From contig BFEA01000001.1 of NCBI GenBank assembly GCA_003427395.1, positions 12,007,725 through 12,066,736 of the forward strand: DNA of 59,012 bases, read 5' to 3'. The position numbers were made by a program, and so were the translations under genes. The notes under the pieces are model-generated. The model ran no database searches. It was given only the letters and a program-made list of their open reading frames with translations, and was not told the origin of the DNA. Shown piece after piece: positions 49,192 through 59,012 of the stretch (positions are counted from its first letter, which is position 1; the number at the start of each line of letters is the position of its first letter). The DNA comes from Chara braunii. Taxonomy: Eukaryota; Plantae; Charophyceae.

Positions 49192-50830
49192 GTGGGTCCA
49201 ATGCAGGCCCCAGCGCAACCTTCCCAGTCCCGTGTGCCTGCAGCTACAGTGCATGCACCAGTCTCTCAGCCTATAGGGCCCAAAGGCGGAGGACAGCCTG
49301 AGCCTTTGAGTGGAGATAAGAAGGATGAGAGTTCAGACACTTGGCTCAGAACTGTTCGGGTGTTAGTGAGGATGAAAGACACTCGCCCAGAGAAGGAGGT
49401 GATCATTGCTGCATCCTACTTGAGAGGTTCTGCAGCTAGGTCGTTAGATGGCGTTATACAGTCCGCAGGGTGGGGAAGGGATATGGCCACATGGGCAAGG
49501 CAGTTAACCCTCGATCAGTTTATGGCCATGGTAGAGGACAGATTCCACGACCTCAAGCAAGCTCAGCGTGAGACCGATGAGCTAAATAATTTAGACATGC
49601 AGAAGTACAATTCTGCGAAGAAGGTTCCGTGGAAGGAGAGAAACTGATCATGGTCCCTGGCCTGATGTATAACCAGGAGATCTTCTTAACCACGTTTCTG
49701 AGGTGTTTACCAGAAACGATCGAAGGCCTGCTGATCCAGGAAGCCACCACTGACAAGAACGACTATACCTCCCTGAGCAAGAAGGTGCTAGACTTAGAGG
49801 TCAGGCTAAGCCGCGCGAGTTAGGACCAGTTGATGGGCGAAGGAAGAAGTTGCCCCAGGATTGGAAGAAAAAGGGACGCCTCATGTCTGTAGATGCAGAG
49901 AGCACTCAGACTGAGGTAGAGGATCTTTTAAACCTGGGCGGAAGTGCAGAATGTAGTACCAGCCAGTCTGCCTCTGAGAGAGACGCAGTGACTGTCAACA
50001 AGGCGAAGGGGTCTGGTAGTCAGAGGGGCAACCAGGCGAGGGGTCAAGCAAGTGGCTCTCGAGTCCCAGGGTGGATCAGGGAGGGCCTAGAGGAAGACTT
50101 GTGGAGGGACAAATACGTAGACGCTTACATGAAATGTGGCCAGTGTGACTGTATCAAGCCCAAGTGTAGGAACACAAAGGTTCTGATGAAGGTGGCCGCT
50201 TCTACAGAGGTTCAGTTGATTGGTAATCCCTCACCTTCTCAGCAAACGGCTCAGGCCGCTCACCCCACATTCACCCCGCAGACTCATTCGGATCACGTGA
50301 TGCTCTGTTCACGGGATGTGTCTGAGGAGCTAGAACAAGAATGGGCCGAGAAGGACATACTAGCATCCTGGGTGACAATGACAGAATCAAGGAAAATGAT
50401 TGTGGCAGAAGTTGATGTACGAAGGCCGTAAAGCAGGGGCACTTGCAGACATCGGTTCTACACGCAATGCCTTTAAGAGGACCGGGTACAGCAGCTTAGT
50501 AGACCTGTAGTACATCTACTTTAGCCAACAAGCATCAGATAGTGGTCGAAGACTTATGTACAGCAGCTTAGTAGACCTGTAGTACATCTTCTTTAGCAAC
50601 AAGCATCAGATAGCGGTCGAAGACTATGTAAAGGACGTAGTCTGTACCTTCTCCTATGCGGGACGGCAAATGAGACACAAGATCTAATTTTCAGTAAGCA
50701 ACGACTTACCATTCAGTATCCTCCTAGGTATGTACTACCTTGAGTTCGCAAAGTCCCAGTTCGACATGGACCGGAAACTCATAGCATTTAAACCACCTGC
50801 CCACAGAAGCCCTACCATCCTTCAATTCAC
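49192..50830 (+). pseudogene. Gypsy gag-protease remnant
   Basis: Retrotransposon-gag-like PEPLSGDKKD...TWLRTV...AASYLRGSAARSL...MVEDRF; protease-like ALADIGSTRN at ~50440-50468; frameshifts and an internal duplication. Confidence 0.8.
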
Positions 50831-51144
50831 CAACAAAGTTTCAGCATGGGGTCGGTGGACACTTCGTCTCCCCACAGTGTTGGGCCCTTTCAAAATCGGC
50901 CGCTGCCCTCCTCGGTACAAAGGTAGATCGACAACTGATGTGAAAACATCGGCAGGTACTCCACGGGAATGACGAACCGACAAGGTAAGGAAAAACAAAA
51001 ACATAGAATGCCAATAGAAAGCTCTTGTTGGGCTCAAAGAAAAAAAAATAATGACTATGAACCTTCCGCCATGCCACACGTCTCGTCTTTTGTGCATTTG
51101 CTGAGTAGTGCACCAACATCCGTTGGTCGTTGCTCCCTCCCTCC

Positions 51145-51189
<45 letters not shown>

Positions 51190-51195
<6 letters not shown>

Positions 51196-52308
51196 GAACT
51201 CGGTTGCCTGACGATTTTCTCGCCACTCACACAGAGTGTCTGACACACGCCCATACACATACCAGGCAAAGGGGAGAGGACACAGAGTCCAAACTGCACA
51301 CAGACAAGGTTAAGCAACGGAATTCAACCATGCACAGATGGGGAGAGACACACAGTGATTCTCACTCTCTGACAGACTCCCAACAACCAATCACAAGAAG
51401 ACACCTGCGAAGATAACAATCGGAATCACACTGTTGATGAGCCGACTTGAACCAATAATCGTTACAGAGTTTATCCCAGTGTCTCGCCACCCTTAGAACT
51501 CCACACACCACTCTCTATTCCACACCCAGTTAGTAGCTCAACACTGAATCCGCCTCCCAGAGGCCAGCGCCAACCATCCAGATGAAGAACTTGAATTGCG
51601 ATGAAGTCTTCAGTGCCGATGAGTCACTCTGACGAAGAAGATGGAAGCTATGGCTGCCACACCACTGACGAAGCCCTGACAATCTCTAAGGAGTGAAGGG
51701 CAACAGTGGTCCACCCACATACGCTCAGTGAAGAGCCTCCAAACAGCCCAGCCAATCGCAGATACCCTCAGGGGTAGATGCTCAGAGGGTACCCCAGCTA
51801 TGGCAAGCACCGACAGGCTGGCTATGGCTGTCGTCCACGATGAGGGCCTCAGGATGCCGCCTGTAGACAATCACCACCACCAACTTGCTTGGCTCCAGAA
51901 CGCTGTCTCGCGAAAATGAAATGCCAAAAGTCCATAACCTACAGGCTCAATGCTATGAATAGACTAGCCTACTCTAGACCTAGACCTACTGGACCGGTAC
52001 GACATCAGTTTGGCTTGTTCGGCCTGGGCCCTACTCGGCTATACGGCGTCTAACCCGTCTCTACAGCCCAAGGTCTAGATGGGCCTGCTGTCCTAGTGAT
52101 AGCCCGGGTCTGCTAAGGGCCGTAACGGCTAAGGGGAACTCGGGACCACAATTTTCGTGTAAATTGCAAATATATCCCTCACGAATTTCCCTCAGGACTA
52201 GACCGGCGGTTAGTCCCTGACACAAACAAAATCACGAATCTGACCCTAAGACATGACTATACAACCTCGCAGTCAAATCTCGGCATCAGAAATCAGCACG
52301 TCATTGCA
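51190..52308 (-). repeat. 3' LTR (1119 bp)
   Basis: Termini TGTTATGA...TCATTGCA form an imperfect inverted repeat; the first ~280 bp match 58508-58787. Confidence 0.88.
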
Positions 52309-52341
52309 GGCTTACCCTCCCGGGGAGCGAGGACCTCCGAG

Positions 52342-55300
52342 CTAAGGGAGTAAACGAGGAGATCGTCGAGGAAGGTTTCCCTTCTTGGCTGCCACATAAC
52401 GTAAAACTACAGACTTTGGTGTCTTGAGAAGTTCCTTCCGGGTAAACCATCTGTCCTTGGTATGAGGCTGGAAGCAGAACCTCACAAGATACTGTCGGTC
52501 GGCGCCAGTGCCCCACTCGTCCTCAATGGACTCCATGTCATATCCCTTGCCAGGGATCGGTGGACCAAACTGAGGAGGCCGGTCTGGGAACGCATTAGCT
52601 GCGGTAAAGGGGAGCAACTTAGATGCATGAAACACCGGATAGGTCTGCAGATGCAGTGGAACGTCGATGACGTATGACGGTCCAAATGGATCAAAACCCA
52701 CTGTATCTAAGACCTGCCATGGACCCAAATAACGAGGCAACAGCTTGGGGGAGATGTCCTCCTCCCTCGACAACTCAGAACTGGCCACCCAGACATAGCC
52801 ACCAGTACGGATGGGGGAAGGCCGCCTATGGCGATTAGCTTGTTCAATCATAGCCTTTTGAGCTTTGAACAAGTTCACCTGTGCTCTTTCCACATCTATG
52901 CGATAGCGTCTGGCGAACTCTGCGGTGCCTGGTGTCATATCAGACTTGGCCTTATCGATGATATCATCGAGGGGCTATCATGGTTAACGTCCACAGTGCA
53001 AACGGTATGGCCCGTATGGACTGAACCCAATCGAGGAGTGGATAGACGTGTTATAGACAAGTTGTGCACGAGCCAAGTATAGATCCCAGTCCTGTTGATA
53101 TGGGGAGATGACAGGACGCAGCAGTTGGAACAGGACCTGGTTCATCACTTCAGCCTGACCATTGGTTTCAGGATGATGACGAGAAGTCATGTCCAGTCGC
53201 GAGTGTAGGTAATCCTTACAGTAGGATTGCACTCATTGCTGCAGAATCGTGGATCTCGATTATTGACTATAGAAGTGGGCGGTCCATGGTGAGTGACCCA
53301 CCTCTCTAAAAACGTTGCTCTCACAGCGGGGACCCTAGCTACTTCTGGTAAGGGGATGAACGTTGCGTACTTTAGAGAACCTGTCCACACAGACCATTAC
53401 CTGACGCATGCCACGAGGGGTGGTCTTGCCTAGAACTGTGAAGTCAATAGACACAAATTCAGCAGGACCATCAGGTATCGGTAAGGGTTTGAGCAGTTCC
53501 AGAGGAGGTCTATGTTGGACCTTATTTCTCTGGCAGAGCTCACAGGTTTCGACATAGTGCTGCAAATCACTCCGCATCTCCTTCCCGAAGAAGCGTTGCG
53601 ACAGGGCGGCATATGACTTGAAGAACCCAAAATGCCCGCGTGCATCATGACACTCCGACATCAGCAATATCCTGAGTCACTGGTCCTGGGGAATGCGTAA
53701 GCGTTCCTCACCTTTGCTGTAGATATACAACAAGTCTTAACTCAGGGCGTAGCCGAGTTCAGAATTGGGATCCGCTTGCAAATTCGTGACTATGGGTCCA
53801 TAAGTCGGGTCCTGAGGCAGTAGATGAGCAATGGTCTGACGGGTCTCCTCTCCAAAGGAGTGAGTGGAGGAGATCAGTGCAAAAGAGTCAGGCCTACGAG
53901 AGAGGGCATCTGCTACCTTATTGTAGCAACCCTTCTTATGTTTCAGTTCAAAGTCAACATGTCAATGAACTGAATATAGCGTGTCAGTTTGTCATTTAAC
54001 TCTCCCTGGGATTTCATCCACTGTAAGGTGGAATGAGCAGAGAAGATCTTGAAGTGTCTTCCCAGGAGAAAGTGCTTCCAATGTCTTAAGGCACAGACAA
54101 GAGCATATAGCTCCTTCTCGTAGGTAGAGTCTTGAAGCTTCTGAGTCTTGATCTTCTTACTCGTAAATTCTATAGGCCGTAGACCATTCCCATCATCTTG
54201 TTGAAGAACTGCCCCAATGCCATACTGACTGGCGTCAGTGGTCAGGATGAATGGCAAAGTGGGGTCAGGCAACTTCAGCACTGGTGCATGTGTCAAGGCC
54301 TTCTTGAGTCGTGTAAAGGCCAACTGACAGGGAAGAGACCAAAGAAAAGAAGTGTCTTTCTTTGTTAGGTTGGTCAGGTGTGCAGCCACTGCGGAAAAGT
54401 TCCTGACAAACTTTCTGTAGTACGAGGCCAAACCCGTGAAGGACCGGACATCTCTCATTGTCTATGGCTGTGGCCACTCCTGAACAACAGCTATCTTGGC
54501 TGCTTCAGGAGCCAGACCATCTCCAAAGATTACACGACTCAGGTAGATAACAGAGGGAACTCCAAAAAAGGACTTCTCCCTGTTAATTTTGTATTGGTTA
54601 TCACGTAATGACTGAAGAACTAGAGCCAACTGCTTCGCATGTTCCCTGATAGTTCGACTGAATATCAGAATATCATCTAGATAGACAACCATGAACTTGT
54701 CCAGGTAAGGCTTGAAGATGCGGTGCATCTCAGTGTGGAAGGTACCTGGGGCATTGCAAAGTCTAAAGGGCATAACCAGATACTCGTAAGTACAATATCT
54801 GGTTTTGAAGGCTGTCTTGTGGACATCCTCCTTTGCCACCTCAATCTGATGATACCCAGGTTTGAGATCGACTTTGTTGAACACTGTACAACCTTGCACC
54901 ATGTCCAGAAGGTCATCGATCCTAGGAATAGGCTCTGTACTTTTCCTAGTGATCTTATTGAGACCCCTGTAGTCGATGCACATTCTGAATTCTCCATTCC
55001 CTTTCAGGATGAAGAGCACTGGTGCGCCGAATTCAGATTGCTTGGTCGTATCCAGCCCTTGCTGGTCAGGGTCTCTAACTGCTTTCTGAGCTCCTCAAGC
55101 TCAGCAGGGGACATCCTGTAGATGCGGCCCTTAGGAGGGACCGCTCCAAGTAGCAGCTCAATGTGATGCTTGGTTGGCCGGCTGGGTAGTCCAAAGGGCT
55201 CCTGCATCAAATCATACTGGTCCACAACCTGTTGTGTCTCAGGAGGACAAAAAACAGGTGGAGCGTCCGTTTGCTTGACCAGAGCTAAAAACAAACGCTC

Positions 55301-55486
55301 ATGGTCGTATTGGCGCAAGAGAGAATAAAACTCCCTCGCTCTCAAACAGTAGTAGCTAGTCTTAGGGTGGTGTTCAACAACAATCATGCAAGGCTGATAC
55401 ACCCCCTGCCCATTGGGGAGTTCAACCTTAGGGATTTGCCAATCGATCCTAGGGTTGACCGCCCTTAGCCACTGCATAGAGAACAC
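52342..55486 (-). pseudogene. pol (protease C-terminus, RT, RNase H, integrase, chromodomain), frameshifted
   Basis: [38 protein letters not shown] zinc finger CHDARGH...CELCQ, HPETNGQAE, YLGPWQV, and chromodomain YDMESIED...QYLVRF...DRWFTRKEL. Confidence 0.95.
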
Positions 55487-55490
55487 CAGA

Positions 55491-56987
55491 TCAAAGGGTA
55501 GATCTTGAGATCATGCCAAGGGAGAGTGGAGGGATTGAGTAGGTCAGCTGGCATTCGGACGTCCTTTGGCAGGTTGGGACATGGGCAGAGGTAGAAGGAC
55601 GACGTCCTTTGTGCTTCCCCTTTGAACTGGCTGAGGCTGTAGCGGGGGAAAACCGTTTTTGCTGCTGCAGAACTGCCAAGACAACTTGAGTTAGGGCCAT
55701 TGCAACATTTGTATCAGCAGCTGAATCAGTCCCAGCTGATGGTACATCAACCTGGGAGTCTGAAGCACTTGCTGATGCAGACCTTGCATGTGTGAAGGCA
55801 GCCTTTCCCTTTCTGCCACCACGAGGGAAGGCTCCTTTTCTTCTGTCAGAAGAAGGGGCTTGAACATGAAGCTTTGCCTCCATGTCCAGGGCTACACGGC
55901 CGAAGGATCTCCAATCCTTATGTCCAGCGCTATACAACGCAACAACAAACTTCTCAGGTGCTGCCCTGCGGAAGTTGCTCAGCAGGTCATCTACTGACAT
56001 GACCAACCCAGGGGTAGAGGTCAACTGCTCGAACTCTGCAAACAAGGACTGCAGTGACCCGTTATAGCGCTGCTGTCCCAGGCGAGCAATCCTGTTAGGA
56101 GCTTTGCGGGCCCGCTCCTTGTCTGCAAAGCGGTCCTCTAAGGCCTGCAGAACTTTGTCCACCCCCAACCCAAAAGCCCAGTCCTCCATAGATTGTTGTT
56201 GTCTGCTGGAAGTAGAAGTGGCCCACTTCAGGGCAGGCCCCTCCAGCAGTCCCAGAATCGTGGCTACTTTGGTCTGTTCTGCACAAGTAAAGCCCCTCAA
56301 GTAGGCTTTGGTCCCAGCAGCCCAGTCCCCAACATCGGTCTTTGGGTCATCACCTCTGAACTTGTTGGGAGCTAGGATCTTGGGTCCCCTTTGATCTCTT
56401 CCAGCAACAGACGCAAAAGATGGGTGGACTGCAACTTTTTGGGAGTGAGGTGGTGAAGGGGAAGAAGGGCATGAACCAGAGGGAGATGGGGAAGGAGAAG
56501 GAGAAGGTTTCACTGAGAGTGCAGGAGACTGAGGAGCGATCAATTTGGCTGCTGTCAGCTGAGCAGTCAGATCCCGAACTGCATTCAATATCTTTGACTG
56601 CTGAGCCGCCAGGTCATCCACTCTGCGTTCCTGACGGCCTATGTGGTCATCCTAGTTAGTGAAGTAAGAACTGGTGGCTTTGTGTTCCAGAATGGCCCAT
56701 TCTGCCGAGTTCTTAGTCACCTGGGCACAACGGTCATCTGGCATAGCCTTGGCTAGCTGCTCCAACAGATACTCACCACGTGACGCATCTGTTGCAGCCT
56801 CTAGCTCGGCTGCCTCCTGTCCCTCCAATTCTGCAAGCAAGGCCTGCTCCTGCTGCAGTTTTTCCTGTAACTGCTTTCGCTGAGTGGCAGTTAGAGGGGT
56901 AGTAGGGGTGGAGGCAGAAGGTAGTTGTTCTTCTACCTTCATCACTACTTCCACCTGTGGCTGCTTCTGAGCCCCCTGATCTGCCAT
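55491..56987 (-). pseudogene. gag (one internal stop at ~56652)
   Basis: PKILAPNKFRGDDPKTDVGDW...LLEGPALKW...ALEDRF is a retrotransposon gag capsid pattern, preceded by a coiled-coil N-terminus. Confidence 0.9.
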
Positions 56988-58493
56988 TTTCCTCTTTCAA
57001 TTCCACAATAAGTAGTAGATCGGCAGGGGAGTATGCAGCGATTTTCAATTTCCTTCAGACTCTCAGAAATTGCTGCTGTCTCATGCATAGAGGTAGGTGG
57101 GTGAATAGGCAACAAGCGGTGTGGGGTAGAACGGTTTCTCTGGGTTCAGGGGTCAGACAGACAACAATCCAGTAAAATCAACCACACGATTTCCTTTTAT
57201 TGACCTTGAACCTTTACTAAAGTTAGTATACACAACTCCAGCAATTCTAGAGATAATCTAGATTTCCAAAGCCCACTAGAAAGCAAAAGAGATCAGTGAG
57301 AATGAAAAGACATTGCAAGACTAGACAACAATGACCAACCAGACAGAGCGATTCAGTCAGAAAGCTTAGATCCTAGCTCAGATTCCAATTTCGGCCCTGA
57401 TGACTTTGGCGGCCATACCCTTGGGTATGGCGAATTACAATATTCACTGTATCTAGTGAAATACTGCAAATCCAGACAAGCGCTTCTTCCCTACTGACAA
57501 CTACTGAATTGCGATTTACCGCAAACTGATAGAATTGAAGTTATGACTGACCCTAGTTAGCACAGGCTATAATTAGACTCAACGCAAAACTACAATTCAC
57601 TATATCTATACCAAGTGCAGAATTCACATTTTGAGCATGCAGGATCAAGCGCAATATAGTAATGCAGTCGCAAAACAATTTTGGATGGAAAAGAGTCAAC
57701 AGAGGGTAAGAAATGAGCAGAAGGAGGTAGGAGAGAGATGGCTATGGCTGTCATGCAGTTTGCGATTTTTCATTTCAGACACTGACAGACAGACAAACCA
57801 TTAATACTAACTATTCTAACCCTATCTAAATCACTATACAAAGATTTGCATGGAACGGACTCACTTTCAGAGTTTCTTGCAGAGCTTGATGAAGATCTAG
57901 CTATGGCAGACTGAAACCCTCGTCTCGCCAATTTCTTCCAAAAATTCCTCCTCTGACCTCCACACATCAAATCTCTCCAGACTTGTTGATCCTGTTCAGG
58001 ATCCTGAGGCGCTTCAGCCCCTCTAGTCAGATTCACTGAATCTGACCCTGTGGCGCTCAGAAAGCCAACAAAAGATTATCTCGCCACAGTGCCTGACAGC
58101 CGTTGATGCTATAAATAGCCCAAGAGGGGGTTAATCTCGCTTGGGATTGACACAGACTGTCAATCAACCTCAGCGCTGCTCAGGGATGAAGCCCCTCAGA
58201 GGTCTCTGAAGTCCTCAGGGGTAATTCGCCACTCTGAGGCAATTCGCTGTATTGCCCTAAGGGTTGGCTATGGCGAATTAGCCCTATTCTTGCCACTTCC
58301 TGGCAAGCGCCCTGACAGGCTCAGTCCGCTTGTTTAATACAAGCACTGAACTCCTGAAGTCACCGCTTGAAATCTTCTTCTCTACTGTCTCAGTACTCGA
58401 GAAAAAGAATCGCCATGAAACTTCTCGCCAGTGGATCGCCAGATGAAGAAGATTCCTCAGTTGCGCTCAACCCTCAGTGTTCCTTCCAATCTC

Positions 58494-58505
58494 GCTCCGA
58501 TACCA
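58494..58505 (-). promoter_or_regulatory. Primer-binding site (tRNA-iMet type)
   Basis: Minus strand TGGTATCGGAGC lies 2 nt after the LTR's CA end, one mismatch from the canonical TGGTATCAGAGC. Confidence 0.9.
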
Positions 58506-58507
58506 AC

Positions 58508-58787
58508 TGTTATGAACTCGGTTGTCTGACAATTTTCTCACCACTCACACACAGAGTGTCTGACACACGCCCATACACATACCAGACAAAGGGTAGAGGA
58601 GACAGAGTCCAAACTGCACACATACAAGGATAAGCAACGAAATTCAACCATGCACAGATGGGGAGAGACACACAGTGATTCTCACTCTCTGACAGACTCC
58701 CAACAACCAATCACAAGAAGACACCTGTGAAGATAACAATCGGAATCACACTGCTGATGAGCCAACTTAAACCAAATATCATTACAG
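58508..58787 (-). repeat. 5' LTR, U5-side 280 bp (remainder displaced by a nested insertion)
   Basis: About 16 substitutions and one 2-bp indel against 51190-51467 by manual count. Confidence 0.93.
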
Positions 58788-59012
58788 TGCGAGGCTACGC
58801 CCGCTTAGCCCCTACGGGGCCCTATCTGCAACAAGGTCGGCCGCCCTAAGTGAAGGCAGGCACGACAGGCCCTTCGGGCCTCATTCTTCAGGGTACCCCG
58901 CAACGGGGAAATTCAGACAGTTGCGTTGCGCCAGTTGGTTGAATGAATCCAGGCCCTGGGCCGCCTGTGTAAATGAATGTGAAGCAGGCCCTGGGCTGGA
59001 TACGGGTACCGG
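58788..59012 (+). mobile_element. Start of a nested LTR (TGCGAG family), running off the window
   Basis: TGCGAGG start exactly where LTR homology stops; shares CGCCCTAAGTGAAGGC with 12331-12346. Confidence 0.85.

Larger units (their letters stand above)
51190..58787 (-). mobile_element. Near-complete Ty3/Gypsy chromovirus (LTR-PBS-gag-pol-chromodomain-LTR), inactive
   Basis: Two matching LTR ends, a PBS, domain order gag-PR-RT-RH-INT-CHD, multiple frameshifts; abuts a (TG)n run. Confidence 0.96.

Overview
Repeat-rich eukaryotic genomic DNA with assembly gaps, many of them next to (GA)n runs. The TE types, microsatellites and very large introns suggest a streptophyte alga such as Chara, but this is inference only. 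One host gene can be reconstructed on the + strand: a long coiled-coil protein with six predicted exons from 16665 to 43483 (~676 aa, 3' end outside the window) and introns of up to 10 kb or more filled with transposons. Most other recognisable content is decayed, nested TEs: a split hAT (DUF659) transposase, several Ty3/Gypsy chromovirus remnants including a near-complete copy at 51190-58787, solo LTRs with 4-bp TSDs, hAT MITEs with 8-bp TSDs, an ACCACCAGTACT-TIR family flanked by TTAA, Penelope-like RT fragments and a tRNA-like SINE head. The most unusual items are: (i) a candidate minimal type I hammerhead ribozyme in a tandem dispersed repeat (retrozyme/PLE-like); (ii) a 2.8-kb apparently non-coding poly(A) retroposon with a 17-bp TSD and a GC hairpin at its 5' end; (iii) an AT-rich island carrying a Cys-rich/RING-like pseudogene inside the hAT transposase; (iv) an integrase chromodomain with an AT-hook-like insertion. 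All assignments were made by eye; no searches were run.
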